Positions 9,491 through 20,555 of a stretch of 35,263 bases of DNA are shown here, piece by piece. Under the pieces are notes generated by a model. The model was not told where the DNA came from. It ran no database searches and saw only the letters and a program-made list of their open reading frames with translations. The stretch lies in contig CACZPQ010000010.1 in NCBI GenBank assembly GCA_902783185.1, positions 1-35,263 on the forward strand, read 5' to 3'. Both the position numbers and the translations under genes were made by a program. Within the stretch, counting starts at the first letter, position 1. Every line of letters begins with the position of its first letter. This DNA comes from an uncultured Erysipelotrichaceae bacterium (lineage in GTDB: Bacteria; Bacillota_I; Bacilli_A; RF39; UBA660).

Positions 9491-10174
9491 ATGGGACAAA
9501 AGATTAATCCAATCGGTTTAAGAATTGGAGTTAACAAAGACTGGGATTCTAGATGGATGGCAGGAAGTAAAGATTTTGCTAAATATTTAGACCATGATAT
9601 TAAAATTAGAAAATATCTTAATAAAAAATTAAGAGAAGCATCTGTAGCCTCAATTATTATCGAAAGAAATAAAGATAATAAATGTAATGTTACAATTAAT
9701 ACTTCAAAACCTGGTGTAGTTATCGGTAAAGGTGGAGAAGATATTGAAAAATTAAGAAATGAATTAAAGAAATTAGTAGATGAAGATGTTTATGTTTCTA
9801 TTGTAGAAGTTAAAAATCCTGATCTAAACGCTCAAATTGTAGCACAATCAATTGCTTTACAAATTGAAGCTAGAGGAAACTTTAGAAGTGTTCAAAAAAG
9901 AGCAATTAGAAATGCAATGAAAGCTGGAGCTAAAGGTATTAAAACATTAGTTTCAGGACGTGTTGGTGGAGCTGAAATGGCTAGAGGTGAACATTACACT
10001 GAAGGAACTGTTCCATTGCATACTATTAGAGCTGATATTGATTATGGAACTGCTGAAGCATTAACTACATATGGAATTATCGGTGTAAAGGTTTGGATTT
10101 ACAAAGGTGAAATTCTTCCTACTAATAAAGTAAAGAAGGGAGATGACCAAAATGTTATTGCCAAAAAGAACTAA
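9491..10174 (+). CDS. rpsC: 30S ribosomal protein S3
   Basis: [34 protein letters not shown]. Confidence 0.98.
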   Translation: MGQKINPIGLRIGVNKDWDSRWMAGSKDFAKYLDHDIKIRKYLNKKLREASVASIIIERNKDNKCNVTINTSKPGVVIGKGGEDIEKLRNELKKLVDEDVYVSIVEVKNPDLNAQIVAQSIALQIEARGNFRSVQKRAIRNAMKAGAKGIKTLVSGRVGGAEMARGEHYTEGTVPLHTIRADIDYGTAEALTTYGIIGVKVWIYKGEILPTNKVKKGDDQNVIAKKN

Positions 10175-10577
10175 ATATAGAAAACCACATAGATTAACTT
10201 ATGATGGTCATGCAAAAGGTAATACTGAATTACATTTTGGAAATTTCGGACTTCAAGCTAAAGAAGGTGCATGGATTACTGCACGTCAAATTGAAGCAGC
10301 ACGTGTTGCTATTTCAAGAAAACTAAAACGTGGTGGTAAGCTATGGATTAATATATTCCCTCATTTAGCATTAACTAAAAAGCCTCTTGAAACTCGTCAA
10401 GGTAAAGGTAAAGGTAATGTTGAAGAATGGGTAGCTGTAGTTAAAAAGGGTAAAATTATGTTTGAACTTACAGATGTAACTGAAGAACAAGCAAGAGAAG
10501 CTTTAAGATTAGCATCTCATAAATTACCTATTAAATGTAAATTTGTAAAAAAGGAGGTTGTATCTGATGAAAATTAA
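10152..10577 (+). CDS. rplP: 50S ribosomal protein L16
   Basis: [30 protein letters not shown]. Confidence 0.97.
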   Translation: MLLPKRTKYRKPHRLTYDGHAKGNTELHFGNFGLQAKEGAWITARQIEAARVAISRKLKRGGKLWINIFPHLALTKKPLETRQGKGKGNVEEWVAVVKKGKIMFELTDVTEEQAREALRLASHKLPIKCKFVKKEVVSDEN

Positions 10578-10773
10578 GGATTTAAGAGCATTAAAAGATG
10601 ATGAATTAAAAGCAAAAATTATTGATGCTAAAAAAGAATTATTTGAATTAAGATTAAAAAAATCTACAGGTACATTAGAAAAACCTTCAAGAATAAATGA
10701 ACTTAGAAAAGGAATTGCAAGAGCTATGACTATTCTAAGAGAAAGAGAACTAGAAAGTGAGGAGACTAAATAA
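10567..10773 (+). CDS. rpmC: 50S ribosomal protein L29
   Basis: KELFELR, IARAMT; SD AGGAGG before ATG 10567. Confidence 0.96.
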   Translation: MKIKDLRALKDDELKAKIIDAKKELFELRLKKSTGTLEKPSRINELRKGIARAMTILRERELESEETK

Positions 10774-11042
10774 TGGCTAAAACTGAAAGTATAAATAAAC
10801 AAGAATTAGTTGGTAAAGTAGTATCTGCTAAAAATGATAAAACTATTACAGTTTTAGTAGAAACTTATAAAAATCACCCACTTTATGGTAAAAGAGTTAA
10901 ATACTCTAAAAAGTATGTAGCACATGATGAAAAGAATGTTGCTAAAGAAGGGGATACAGTTAGATTAACTGCTTCTAAACCACTATCTAAAACTAAGAGA
11001 TATGTACTTAAAGAAGTTGTTGAAAAAGCTGTTATCTTATAG
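10773..11042 (+). CDS. rpsQ: 30S ribosomal protein S17
   Basis: [26 protein letters not shown]. Confidence 0.98.
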   Translation: MAKTESINKQELVGKVVSAKNDKTITVLVETYKNHPLYGKRVKYSKKYVAHDEKNVAKEGDTVRLTASKPLSKTKRYVLKEVVEKAVIL

Positions 11043-11053
11043 GAGGTAATCTT

Positions 11054-11422
11054 ATGGTAATGCAAGAATCAAGACTTAAGGTTGCTGATAATTCTGGAGC
11101 TAGAGAAGTTTTAGTTATTAGAGTTATGGGTGGATCTAAAGTAAAATATGGAAATATTGGTGATATAGTAACTTGTACTGTAAAGAAAGCTATTCCTAAT
11201 GGTAATGTTCCTGAAGGAAAAGTTTGCAAGGCAGTTATTGTAAGAACTAAACAAGGTGTTAGAAGAAAAGATGGCTCTTATATTAAATTTGACGATAATG
11301 CATGTGTATTAATTAAAGATGATAAAACTCCAGTTGGAACAAGAGTTTTAGGACCAGTTGCTAGAGAACTTCGTGATAAGGACTTCACAAAGATAATTTC
11401 ATTAGCACCTGAGGTTTTATAA
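11054..11422 (+). CDS. rplN: 50S ribosomal protein L14
   Basis: [29 protein letters not shown]. Confidence 0.98.
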   Translation: MVMQESRLKVADNSGAREVLVIRVMGGSKVKYGNIGDIVTCTVKKAIPNGNVPEGKVCKAVIVRTKQGVRRKDGSYIKFDDNACVLIKDDKTPVGTRVLGPVARELRDKDFTKIISLAPEVL

Positions 11423-11432
11423 GGAGGATATT

Positions 11433-11753
11433 ATGAAATTAAAAGTTGGAGACTTAGTTAAAGTTATTGCTGGTAAAGATAAAGATAAAACTGGAAAAAT
11501 TATTAAAACTTTAAAAAATGAAAACAAAGTTATCGTTGAAGGAGTAAATATCCACAAAAGACATGTTAAACCAAATCAAATGAATCAAGCAGGTGGAATA
11601 TTTGAAAGTGAAGCACCTATTCATGCTTCAAATGTTAAAAAAGTTGATAAAAAAGATAATAAAAAGGAAGCTAAAGAAGTTAAAGTAGAAAAAACTACTA
11701 AAACTACTGCTAAAAAACCAGCAGCTAAAACTTCAAAAAAGAAAGCTAGTTAG
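11433..11753 (+). CDS. rplX: 50S ribosomal protein L24 with Lys-rich C-terminus
   Basis: [26 protein letters not shown]. Confidence 0.96.
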   Translation: MKLKVGDLVKVIAGKDKDKTGKIIKTLKNENKVIVEGVNIHKRHVKPNQMNQAGGIFESEAPIHASNVKKVDKKDNKKEAKEVKVEKTTKTTAKKPAAKTSKKKAS

Positions 11754-11767
11754 GAGGAACTAAATAT

Positions 11768-12307
11768 ATGAGTACATTAAAAGAAAAATATAATAAAGAA
11801 ATAGTTAAATCTTTAATGGAACAATTTAAATATAATAGCATTATGGAAGTTCCAAAACTAGAAAAAATTGTTGTTAATATGGGTGTTGGAGAAGCTGCTC
11901 ATGATGATAAATTCATGGAAGCTGCTGTTAAAGATTTAGAATTAATCACTGGACAAAAAGTTGTTGTTACTAAAGCTAAAAAATCAATTGCCGGATTTAA
12001 AATTAGAGAAGGTCAATCAATTGGATGCAAAGTAACATTACGTGGTGAAAATATGTACAATTTCTTAGAAAAATTAGTTAGAATTGCTTTACCTCGTGTT
12101 AGAGATTTTAGAGGTATATCTAAATCAGCATTTGATGGTAAAGGAAATTACACATTAGGTGTTAAAGAACAATTAATTTTCCCAGAAATTGATTATGATA
12201 ATGTTGTTAAAGTAATGGGTATGGATATTGTACTTGTTACAACAGCAAAAACAAATGAAGAAGGTCTAGCATTATTAAGTGCTTTTGGACTTCCATTTAG
12301 AAAGTAG
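11768..12307 (+). CDS. rplE: 50S ribosomal protein L5
   Basis: [27 protein letters not shown]. Confidence 0.98.
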   Translation: MSTLKEKYNKEIVKSLMEQFKYNSIMEVPKLEKIVVNMGVGEAAHDDKFMEAAVKDLELITGQKVVVTKAKKSIAGFKIREGQSIGCKVTLRGENMYNFLEKLVRIALPRVRDFRGISKSAFDGKGNYTLGVKEQLIFPEIDYDNVVKVMGMDIVLVTTAKTNEEGLALLSAFGLPFRK

Positions 12308-12325
12308 AAAAGGAGAGAGATTATT

Positions 12326-12511
12326 ATGGCTAAGAAAAGTATGGTTGTAAAAAATAGAAGAACTCCTAAGTTTTCTACTCGTGCATATACAAGATGTAAT
12401 AGATGTGGAAGACCACACGGAGTACTTAGAAAATACGGACTTTGTCGTATTTGCTTTAGAGAATTAGCAAATCAAGGACAAATTCCTGGTGTTAGAAAAT
12501 CAAGTTGGTAG
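12326..12511 (+). CDS. rpsZ: 30S ribosomal protein S14, Zn-binding type
   Basis: 61 aa; CNRCGRP...LCRICFRE...KSSW. Confidence 0.96.
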   Translation: MAKKSMVVKNRRTPKFSTRAYTRCNRCGRPHGVLRKYGLCRICFRELANQGQIPGVRKSSW

Positions 12512-12528
12512 GAAAGGAGGAACAAAAT

Positions 12529-12924
12529 ATGGTAAATGATAATATTGCAGATATGTTAACTAGAATGAGAAATGCACTTATTATGAAATATAATAACGTT
12601 GAAGTAAATGGAACTAAAATGACTTTAGGAATTGCTGAAATTCTTAAGAGTGAAGGTTTCATTGAAGATTTCGAATATCAAAAGAATACTAATGGTGATA
12701 AATTAAATATTACTTTAAAGTATGGAGATAAAAAAGAAAGAGTTATTACTGGACTTAAAAGAATTTCAAAATCTGGATTAAGAGTATATGTTAAAGCTGA
12801 TGAAGTTCCTCGTGTTCTTAATGGACTTGGAATTGCAATTATTTCAACTTCAAAAGGATTAATGACTGATAAAGAAGCTAGAGCTAATAATTTAGGAGGT
12901 GAAGTACTTGCTTACATTTGGTAA
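12529..12924 (+). CDS. rpsH: 30S ribosomal protein S8
   Basis: [31 protein letters not shown]; SD AGGAGG before ATG 12529. Confidence 0.98.
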   Translation: MVNDNIADMLTRMRNALIMKYNNVEVNGTKMTLGIAEILKSEGFIEDFEYQKNTNGDKLNITLKYGDKKERVITGLKRISKSGLRVYVKADEVPRVLNGLGIAIISTSKGLMTDKEARANNLGGEVLAYIW

Positions 12925-12941
12925 TGCAAGGAAACTAGATT

Positions 12942-13481
12942 ATGAGTAGAATAGGAAATAGACATTTAGTTATCCCTGAAGGTGTTACTGTAACAGTTGA
13001 TAATAATATAGTTACTGTTAAAGGACCTAAAGGTGAATTAACATTAGATATAAAAAGTCCAATTAAAGTTGAAGTTAAAGATAATGAAGTTTTAACTACT
13101 AGACCAGATGATATAAAACATAATAAACAACTTCATGGTACAATGAATTCTCTAATTAATAATATGCTAATAGGTGTTAAAGATGGTTATGTTAAAGAAC
13201 TTGAAACTATTGGTGTAGGTTATAGATTTAATGTTTCAGGAAATAAAGTAGGTATTACTGCAGGTTTTTCTCATCCAGTTGAACTTGCTATTCCTGAAGG
13301 ATTAACAGTTAAACAAGATGGAAATACAGAAATTGCTATTTCTGGTATAAGTAAAAAGAAAGTTGCTGATTTTGCGGCTAAGATTCGTGATGTAAGACCT
13401 CCAGAACCATATAAAGGTAAAGGAATTAGATACAAAGGCGAACATGTAAGACGTAAAGTTGGAAAGAAAGCAGCTAAGTAA
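12942..13481 (+). CDS. rplF: 50S ribosomal protein L6
   Basis: MSRIG, VKGPKG, PEPYKGKGIRY. Confidence 0.98.
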   Translation: MSRIGNRHLVIPEGVTVTVDNNIVTVKGPKGELTLDIKSPIKVEVKDNEVLTTRPDDIKHNKQLHGTMNSLINNMLIGVKDGYVKELETIGVGYRFNVSGNKVGITAGFSHPVELAIPEGLTVKQDGNTEIAISGISKKKVADFAAKIRDVRPPEPYKGKGIRYKGEHVRRKVGKKAAK

Positions 13482-13499
13482 GGTTAGGAGGAATAAAGA

Positions 13500-13856
13500 G
13501 TGATAAAGAAAGAATCAAATAACGTTGCTCGTCTAAGAAGACATGCAAGAGTTAGATCTAAAATATCTGGTACTAAAGAAGTTCCAAGATTAAATGTATT
13601 TAGATCAAATAATAATATATTTGTTCAAATTATCGACGATGAAAACGGTAATACCTTAGTTAGCTCATCATCTGTTGAATTAAAACTTAAAAATGGTGGA
13701 AATGTTGAAGGTGCTAAATTAGTAGGAAAAGATATTGCTGAAAAAGCTAAAAAAGCTAAAATTAAAACTGTAGTTTTTGATAGAGGTGGATACCTATATC
13801 ATGGACGTGTTGAAGCTTTAGCTGAAGCAGCTAGAGAAAACGGATTGGAATTTTAG
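13500..13856 (+). CDS. rplR: 50S ribosomal protein L18
   Basis: [30 protein letters not shown]. Confidence 0.98.
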   Translation: MIKKESNNVARLRRHARVRSKISGTKEVPRLNVFRSNNNIFVQIIDDENGNTLVSSSSVELKLKNGGNVEGAKLVGKDIAEKAKKAKIKTVVFDRGGYLYHGRVEALAEAARENGLEF

Positions 13857-13865
13857 GAGGATATT

Positions 13866-14369
13866 ATGGCAAGAGATAAATTTGAAAATAAGAAAAATTT
13901 ACTTGAAGATCAAGTAATATCTATTGGTAGAGTTACTAAAGTTACTAAGGGGGGTCGTCATTTTAGATTCTCTGCAACAGTTGTTGTAGGAAATAGAAAA
14001 GGACTTGTTGGTCTTGGTAATGGTAAAGCTAACGAAGTTCCAGAAGCTATTAAAAAAGCACTTCAAGCAGCTAATAAAAATGTATTTAAAGTTGATATTG
14101 TTGATAATAGAACAATTCCACATGATGCAACTGCAAAAGTAGGTAGAGCAGTAGTTATGCTTAAACCTGCTAAAAAAGGTACAGGAGTTGTTGCAGGTGG
14201 TTCTGCACGTGCAGTTTTAGAACTTGCAGGAGTTAAAGATATAGTTGCTAAATCTTTAGGTTCAAATACTAAGATTAATGTTGCTAAAGCTACTCTTGAA
14301 GCATTAAAATCACAAAGAACTGCAGAACACATTGCTGCACTTCGTGGTAAGAAAGTAGAGGAATTATAA
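13866..14369 (+). CDS. rpsE: 30S ribosomal protein S5
   Basis: RVTKVTKGGR, GKANEVP, GTGVVAGG. Confidence 0.98.
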   Translation: MARDKFENKKNLLEDQVISIGRVTKVTKGGRHFRFSATVVVGNRKGLVGLGNGKANEVPEAIKKALQAANKNVFKVDIVDNRTIPHDATAKVGRAVVMLKPAKKGTGVVAGGSARAVLELAGVKDIVAKSLGSNTKINVAKATLEALKSQRTAEHIAALRGKKVEEL

Positions 14370-14370
14370 T

Positions 14371-14814
14371 ATGAAGTTACATGAATTAAATGCTCTACCT
14401 GAAGCAAAAGATAATAAAAGATTAGGTCGTGGACCAGCATCTGGACAAGGAAAGACAGCTGGACATGGTGAAAAAGGACAAAAAGCAAGAAGTGGTGTAT
14501 CTATTTCTGCTTGGTTCCAAGGTGGTCAAACACCACTTTATAGAAGAATTCCTAAAAGAGGATTTAATAACAAAAGATTTGAAATTAAATATGCTTGCAT
14601 TAATTTAAGCAGTTTAAATAAATTTTTCAAAGATGGTGATGTTGTTAGTCCTGAAATATTAAAAGAAAAGGGGATTATTAAAAAACAACTTGCTGGTGTT
14701 AAAATTCTTGCTAATGGTGAATTAGATAAAAAATTAACTGTTAAAGCTAATAGATTCTCTAGTGCAGCTGTTACAAAGATTGAAAAAGCTGGCGGTAAAA
14801 CTGAGGTGATTTAA
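14371..14814 (+). CDS. rplO: 50S ribosomal protein L15
   Basis: RLGRG, GKTAG, GGQTPLYRRIPKRGF. Confidence 0.98.
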   Translation: MKLHELNALPEAKDNKRLGRGPASGQGKTAGHGEKGQKARSGVSISAWFQGGQTPLYRRIPKRGFNNKRFEIKYACINLSSLNKFFKDGDVVSPEILKEKGIIKKQLAGVKILANGELDKKLTVKANRFSSAAVTKIEKAGGKTEVI

Positions 14815-14815
14815 T

Positions 14816-16078
14816 ATGTTTGCTAAAATTAAGCAACTATTTAGTTCATCTAATAAAGATTTAAGACATAGAATATATTTTACATTAATATGTTTAGGAG
14901 TATTTGCTTATGGAACTACAATAACAATTCCATGGGCAGATACAATCTATCAAGAACTTGGTTTCTTGGAAATATTTAATTTGATGTCTGGTGGAGGTTT
15001 AAAAACATTCTCAATATTTGCACTTGGTGTATCTCCTTATATTACAGCATCAATTATTACTCAACTTCTTCAAATGGATATTATTCCATACTTTAAGGAA
15101 TTAAAGGAAGAAGGATATACTGGAAGACAAAAAATTAATAAAATCACTAGATATTTAGGTATTATATTTGCCTTTGTACAAGCTTATATATTAACATTTG
15201 CTTATATGAAAGGTATGTCATCTGCAGAAATATTAAAGACTACTTTAGTTATGACTGCAGGAACATGTTTCTTAATCTGGATGGGTGATCAAATTACTCA
15301 AAAAGGAATAGGAAATGGGACATCATTATTAATTATGGCAGGTATAATTCAATCTATGCCATCAATATTTACTACAGCATTTAATGAATTAATTACGTCA
15401 GGAAATTATACAAATGTAGTTGGTATTATTTTATTTAGTGTATTTGTATTAGTTAATATTGCAATTGTTGTAGGAATTGTTTATACTCAGTTAGCTGAAA
15501 GAAGAATTCCAATTCAATATTCAAATAGAACAAATGTAGCTTATGGTAAAGATCAATCATTCTTACCAATTAAGTTAAATGCTGCAAATGTTATTCCTGT
15601 AATATTTGCATCTACATTAATTACTATTCCAGTTACAGTTGTTAATTTAATTAATAATCAAGAAGCTATTGATTTTGTTAATAATTACATTAATTATACT
15701 TCTTGGACTGGTATGATACTTTATGTAGCATTAATTATGTTCTTTGGATATTTCTATACATTAATGCAAATGAATCCAGATGATATGAGTAAGAACTTAA
15801 ATAAGAGTGGTGGATATATTCCTGGTATTAGACCTGGAACTGATACTTCTTCTTATTTAGCAAAGGTAATCAATAGATTATCATTCGTTGGATCTATATT
15901 ACTTGTTGTTATAGCTATTTTACCAATATTATTCTCTAAGTTTTCAGGACTTTCTAGTGCTGTAACTATTGGAGGAACAGGACTTTTAATTGTTGTTGGT
16001 GTTGCAATTGAAACAAATAAACAACTTGATAGTTCATTAATTAGTAGAAGCTATAAGAAAGGTTATAGAAGAAGATGA
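14816..16078 (+). CDS. secY: preprotein translocase subunit SecY
   Basis: SIFALGVSPYITASII, GIGNGTSL, IPVIFAS, IPGIRPG, GGTGLLIVVGV. Confidence 0.98.
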   Translation: MFAKIKQLFSSSNKDLRHRIYFTLICLGVFAYGTTITIPWADTIYQELGFLEIFNLMSGGGLKTFSIFALGVSPYITASIITQLLQMDIIPYFKELKEEGYTGRQKINKITRYLGIIFAFVQAYILTFAYMKGMSSAEILKTTLVMTAGTCFLIWMGDQITQKGIGNGTSLLIMAGIIQSMPSIFTTAFNELITSGNYTNVVGIILFSVFVLVNIAIVVGIVYTQLAERRIPIQYSNRTNVAYGKDQSFLPIKLNAANVIPVIFASTLITIPVTVVNLINNQEAIDFVNNYINYTSWTGMILYVALIMFFGYFYTLMQMNPDDMSKNLNKSGGYIPGIRPGTDTSSYLAKVINRLSFVGSILLVVIAILPILFSKFSGLSSAVTIGGTGLLIVVGVAIETNKQLDSSLISRSYKKGYRRR

Positions 16079-16722
16079 AAAATATAATTTTTGTTGCTCC
16101 ACCTGCTGCAGGCAAAGGAACATGTAGTGAAATGCTTACTAACAACTTTGGCTATAATCATATTTCAACAGGTGATCTTTTAAGAGAAGCAAGAATTAAA
16201 GGTGATGATTTAGGAAAAAAAATTGCTGAATTGATGGACTCAGGTGCATTAGTAGGTGATGATATTGTCCTTGAATTATTATCAAACGAATTAAAAAGTA
16301 TGGATAATAATCAAGCATTTATACTTGATGGTTATCCAAGAAATATATTACAAGCAAAAACATTAGATAATTTATTTAACGAATTATCAATAGATAATTA
16401 TATAGTAATATATTTAAATATTGATTATGATAAGGCGCTTTCACGTACTTTGGGAAGACTTATTTGTCCTAATTGTAAAACAGGATATAATAAGGATACA
16501 ACTTCGTTAAAGCCTAAAGTTGATGGAATTTGTGATAAGTGTGGTGAAAAGTTGATTACTAGATCTGATGATAATGAAGAAACTTTCAAAATTAGATTTG
16601 ATAATTATATTAAGGAAACTGAACCAATACTTAAATACTATCAAGAAAAGAATTTATTAAATATTATTGATGCAACACAGGGTGTTGATGACATAATAAA
16701 AGAAATTGAAAGGGTAATATAG
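16075..16722 (+). CDS. adk: adenylate kinase with Zn-finger lid
   Basis: PPAAGKGT, HISTGDLLR, LDGYPR, CPNC...CDKC, RSDD. Confidence 0.97.
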   Translation: MKNIIFVAPPAAGKGTCSEMLTNNFGYNHISTGDLLREARIKGDDLGKKIAELMDSGALVGDDIVLELLSNELKSMDNNQAFILDGYPRNILQAKTLDNLFNELSIDNYIVIYLNIDYDKALSRTLGRLICPNCKTGYNKDTTSLKPKVDGICDKCGEKLITRSDDNEETFKIRFDNYIKETEPILKYYQEKNLLNIIDATQGVDDIIKEIERVI

Positions 16723-16726
16723 TTAT

Positions 16727-17473
16727 ATGGTAAGTATTAAAAGTGATAGAGAAATAGAACTTATGAGACATGCTGGTCATATTAACTATCTATGCCATAA
16801 ATATTTAGAATCAAAACTAAGATCAGGTATTACTACTAAAGAAATTGATGATTTAGCAGGAAAGTTTATAACAGAACACGGATGTGTATCATCATCTCTT
16901 GGTTATGAAGGATATCCTGGTAATATCTGTATCTCAGTTAATGATGAGGTTGTTCATGGAATAGGTAGCAATAGAAAACTAAAAAATGGTGATATTGTAA
17001 CATTAGATATATCTATGAGCTATAAAGGATATCATTCAGATAGTGCTGCTACTTATCCAATTGGAACAATTACTAAAGATAAACAAGATTTATTAGATCA
17101 TACTAAAGAAGCATTATATGCTGGACTTTCAAAGGTTAAAGCAGGTGCTAAATTAGGTGATATATCCCATGCTATTGAAACATGTGCTCATAGACACAAA
17201 TTAGGTGTTGTTGAAGAACTTTGTGGACATGGTATTGGAACAGAATTACATGAAGATCCTGATATACCAAACTATGGAGAAGAAGGAGTAGGTTTAACCT
17301 TAAAAAAAGGTATGACATTTGCAATTGAACCTATGTTAAATTTAGGAACAAAACATGTTTGTATCTTAGATGATGACTGGACAATAGTTACTGAAGATGG
17401 TAAACCATCTGCTCACTTTGAACATACAGTTGTGGTATTAGATGATGGATATGAAATATTGACGGGAGAATAA
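16727..17473 (+). CDS. map: type I methionine aminopeptidase
   Basis: [38 protein letters not shown]. Confidence 0.97.
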   Translation: MVSIKSDREIELMRHAGHINYLCHKYLESKLRSGITTKEIDDLAGKFITEHGCVSSSLGYEGYPGNICISVNDEVVHGIGSNRKLKNGDIVTLDISMSYKGYHSDSAATYPIGTITKDKQDLLDHTKEALYAGLSKVKAGAKLGDISHAIETCAHRHKLGVVEELCGHGIGTELHEDPDIPNYGEEGVGLTLKKGMTFAIEPMLNLGTKHVCILDDDWTIVTEDGKPSAHFEHTVVVLDDGYEILTGE

Positions 17474-17475
17474 AT

Positions 17476-17700
17476 ATGGCTAAAAAAGATAATGAAAAAA
17501 TAGAAGTTGAAGGAAAAGTACTAGAAGTTTTAAAAGGTGGTACATATATTGTTGAACTGCCTAACAATCATACTGTAGAGGCCTATGTTTCTGGTAAAAT
17601 GCGTATGAATATGATTCGTATTTTACCAGGTGATACAGTAACAATTGAATTATCGCCTTACGATATTAAACATGGGCGTATAATATGGAATAATAGATAA
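17476..17700 (+). CDS. infA: translation initiation factor IF-1
   Basis: [22 protein letters not shown]. Confidence 0.97.
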   Translation: MAKKDNEKIEVEGKVLEVLKGGTYIVELPNNHTVEAYVSGKMRMNMIRILPGDTVTIELSPYDIKHGRIIWNNR

Positions 17701-17717
17701 TTGAGGAGGAATTATTT

Positions 17718-17831
17718 ATGAAAACTAGACCATCAGTTAAAAAGATGTGTGACAAATGTAAAATTATTAGAAGACATGGAAAAGTAATGGTTATTTGTGA
17801 AAACCCTAAACACAAACAAGTACAAGGTTAA
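17718..17831 (+). CDS. rpmJ: 50S ribosomal protein L36 (not in ORF track)
   Basis: Translated by hand: [37 protein letters not shown]; SD GAGGAGG. Confidence 0.97.
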   Translation: MKTRPSVKKMCDKCKIIRRHGKVMVICENPKHKQVQG

Positions 17832-17846
17832 TAAGGAGGTTATTTA

Positions 17847-18221
17847 ATGGCACGTATTAAGAATATAGAATTACCAAATCAAAAACATATTGTTATTGGT
17901 TTAACTGCAATTTATGGTATTGGAAGAAGATTAGCAGAAACTATTTGTGATGATGCTAAAGTAGAAAGAACTAAAAAGTGTGCTGATTTAGATGAAAAAG
18001 AAATCGCAGCTTTAAGAACACAAATTGATAAATATGTAGTTGAAGGAGATCTTAGAAGAGATGTTCAAATGAGCATTAAAAATAAGATGGAAATTAACTC
18101 ATATCAAGGTATTAGACACAAAAAAGGTTTACCTGTTCGTGGTCAAAGAACATCAAGAAATGCTAAAACTAGAAAAGGTAAAGGTAAAGTTGTTGCTAAT
18201 AAGAAAAAAGCAGGTAAATAG
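17847..18221 (+). CDS. rpsM: 30S ribosomal protein S13
   Basis: MARI, LTAIYGIG, VEGDLRR, GLPVRGQRT. Confidence 0.98.
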   Translation: MARIKNIELPNQKHIVIGLTAIYGIGRRLAETICDDAKVERTKKCADLDEKEIAALRTQIDKYVVEGDLRRDVQMSIKNKMEINSYQGIRHKKGLPVRGQRTSRNAKTRKGKGKVVANKKKAGK

Positions 18222-18232
18222 GAGGTTAAGTT

Positions 18233-18619
18233 ATGGCTTATAATAGAAGAAAAAGAAAAGTTAAAAAGAATATTCCAGAAGCTCAAGCACATATTAAAAC
18301 ATCTTATAATAATACAGTAGTTTCTATTACTGATAAAGAAGGAAATGTAATAAGTTGGGCATCATCTGGAACTATTGGATATAAAGGTTCAAAAAAGAAA
18401 ACTGCTTATGCTGCACAAATGGCTGCTGAAGCTGCTGCTAAAGCTGCTATGGATACTGCAAATGTTAAATCAGTTGAAGTATTTGTAACTGGTTTAGGTC
18501 AAGGTAGAGAAAGTGGTATTAGAGCACTTCAAACTGCTGGACTTGAACTTACTTCAATTAATGATATAACACCAATACCACACAATGGTTGTCGTCCACC
18601 AAAGAGACCAAGAATTTAG
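18233..18619 (+). CDS. rpsK: 30S ribosomal protein S11
   Basis: [28 protein letters not shown]. Confidence 0.98.
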   Translation: MAYNRRKRKVKKNIPEAQAHIKTSYNNTVVSITDKEGNVISWASSGTIGYKGSKKKTAYAAQMAAEAAAKAAMDTANVKSVEVFVTGLGQGRESGIRALQTAGLELTSINDITPIPHNGCRPPKRPRI

Positions 18620-18639
18620 GAGAGAGGGGAGAATAGATT

Positions 18640-19593
18640 ATGATAAAATTTGATAAACCAGATTATAAAATAACAGAATATAATGAAAGTAACCATTATG
18701 CAAAATTTGAGTTTAGTCCACTTGAAAGAGGATTTGCTCAAACATTAGGAACTGCTCTTAGAAGAGTAATGTTATCAAGTATGCCTGGATCTGCTATTAA
18801 TTCAGTTAAAATAACTGGAGTAATGCATGAATTCCAAAAAATTGAAGGTGTAGTTGAAGATGTTACACAAATAGTATTAAATTTAAAGAGCGTTGTAATT
18901 TTAAATCATTCTGAAAATAAAAATGAAGTTAAGAAAATGGAATTAACTGCAAATAAAGAAGGAGAAATTACAGCAGGAGATATTAAACATGATGCTGATA
19001 TTGAAATCATTAATCCAGATCAAGTTATTTGTAACCTTGTTAAAGGTGGAAAAATTGAAATGGAATTAACTGTTTCAAATGGTAGAGGTTATGTAGACTC
19101 TAAAGTTAATCAAAAGAAATATGATACTCAAGTTGGAGTAATCGCACTTGATACTAATTATTCTCCAATCGAAAGAGTTGCTTTTGAAGCACTACCAGCA
19201 AGAGTTGGTCAAAATGAAAACTTTGATAAGCTAGTTATGGAAGTTTATACAAATGGATCATTAACACCAGAAGAAGCTATGGCTTTATCTGCCAGAATAC
19301 TTATTGAACATTTAAATATTGTTACTGATTTAAATAATATTGCAAATGTAGATGGTATGATGGCTGAAAAACAAGTTGATACTATAACTAAAACATTAGA
19401 AACTCCAATTGAAGAAATAGAGTTCTCAGTTAGAGCATATAATTGTTTAAAAAGAGCTGGAATTAATACAGTTCAAGATTTAATTAATAAGAAAGAAGTA
19501 GAAGTAACTAAGATTAGAAATTTAGGTAAAAAATCTCTTAAAGAAGTATTAGATAAAGTAAGAGAAATGGGACTTAAATTTGAAGATCAATAG
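18640..19593 (+). CDS. rpoA: RNA polymerase subunit alpha
   Basis: PLERGFAQTLGTALRR, GVVEDV, FSVRAYNCLKRAGI, RNLGKKSL. Confidence 0.98.
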   Translation: MIKFDKPDYKITEYNESNHYAKFEFSPLERGFAQTLGTALRRVMLSSMPGSAINSVKITGVMHEFQKIEGVVEDVTQIVLNLKSVVILNHSENKNEVKKMELTANKEGEITAGDIKHDADIEIINPDQVICNLVKGGKIEMELTVSNGRGYVDSKVNQKKYDTQVGVIALDTNYSPIERVAFEALPARVGQNENFDKLVMEVYTNGSLTPEEAMALSARILIEHLNIVTDLNNIANVDGMMAEKQVDTITKTLETPIEEIEFSVRAYNCLKRAGINTVQDLINKKEVEVTKIRNLGKKSLKEVLDKVREMGLKFEDQ

Positions 19594-19604
19594 GAGGTAA
19601 GATT

Positions 19605-19949
19605 ATGGCAATATATAGAAAATTAAATAGAGAATCAAGAATTAGAAGAAGCATCTTAGCTAGTCTTACTAAAAGTGTATTAGATAAGGGTTATGTTGTA
19701 ACTACTGATGCACGTGCAAAAGAAGCTAGAAAATATGTTGAAAAAATGATTAGTTATGGTAAGAAAGGTACTTTAGTATCTAGAAGAAAAGCTCTTGCTT
19801 TCTTGCATAACGATAAAAAACTAGTATCTAAAGTATTTGATGAACTTGCTAAAAAGTATGAAACTAGAAATGGTGGATATACTAGAATTATTAAATTAAA
19901 AGAAAGAATCGGAGACGATGCTTTAGAAGTAAGATTAGAATTAGTATAA
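19605..19949 (+). CDS. rplQ: 50S ribosomal protein L17
   Basis: RKLNR, TTDARAKE, RNGGYTRIIK. Confidence 0.97.
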   Translation: MAIYRKLNRESRIRRSILASLTKSVLDKGYVVTTDARAKEARKYVEKMISYGKKGTLVSRRKALAFLHNDKKLVSKVFDELAKKYETRNGGYTRIIKLKERIGDDALEVRLELV

Positions 19950-19962
19950 TTCTAATCTTTTT
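19931..19962 (+). terminator. terminator of the ribosomal superoperon
   Basis: 13-bp stem AAGATTAGAATTA-gta-TAATTCTAATCTT plus T run, overlapping the rplQ stop. Confidence 0.75.
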
Positions 19963-20031
19963 AATTATATATTTTGCGTTTGTATAATACTTGTGTTAGA
20001 ATATATATAGATTATTTAGGAGGGTTTTGTA

Positions 20032-20466
20032 ATGAACAATAGTAAAAAAGAAGAATTAATTAAGGTTTATAATGAGTATGAAAAAATAATTAATAAGAAT
20101 CGTATTAAATATACTATGATTCTTGGTGCTTTTTCTTTAGCAAGTGTATATTTTAGTACAGACATGGGATTTATTGGATTTGGATTAACAATTGGTGTTC
20201 CTACTCTTATTTCTGCAAGAAATTTTAATAAAAATATTCGTGATTTTAAGAATAAGCATAAAGATTATGATTTGCCATCAAGTATTTTTGAAATTAATGA
20301 TTCTTATAATAAAGAATTAAAAAAAATAGAATTAGGTTATAAAAAAGATTATGTTAATAAATGTGAAGAAATAAAAAAAGAAGTTGTAAGTCCAATATAT
20401 AACGATGTATCATATGATAATGAATTAGGTTTTGAAAAAGTAAAAGTTAGAATAAGAAAAAAATAA
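20032..20466 (+). CDS. hypothetical membrane protein
   Basis: SD AGGAGG; two adjacent hydrophobic segments; basic C-terminus KVKVRIRKK. Confidence 0.75.
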   Translation: MNNSKKEELIKVYNEYEKIINKNRIKYTMILGAFSLASVYFSTDMGFIGFGLTIGVPTLISARNFNKNIRDFKNKHKDYDLPSSIFEINDSYNKELKKIELGYKKDYVNKCEEIKKEVVSPIYNDVSYDNELGFEKVKVRIRKK

Positions 20467-20494
20467 TATATAACAAGTAATAATATCTAATTAA

Positions 20495-20522
20495 ATAAAA
20501 GTAGGATTGTTCCTACTTTTAT
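20495..20522. terminator. symmetric terminator-like hairpin
   Basis: ATAAAAGTAGGA-ttgt-TCCTACTTTTAT. Confidence 0.75.
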
Positions 20523-20555
20523 GTTATAATGAAAAAAATAAAAGGGTGTATAAAT

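Noticed and set aside
16070-16080. Genetic code 4 (Mycoplasma-like) given low GC
   Set aside because: TGA terminates secY in an ATGA overlap, Trp is TGG, and conserved genes have no in-frame TGA
18619-18640. rpsD absent between rpsK and rpoA
   Set aside because: Normal for Bacilli, where rpsD lies elsewhere
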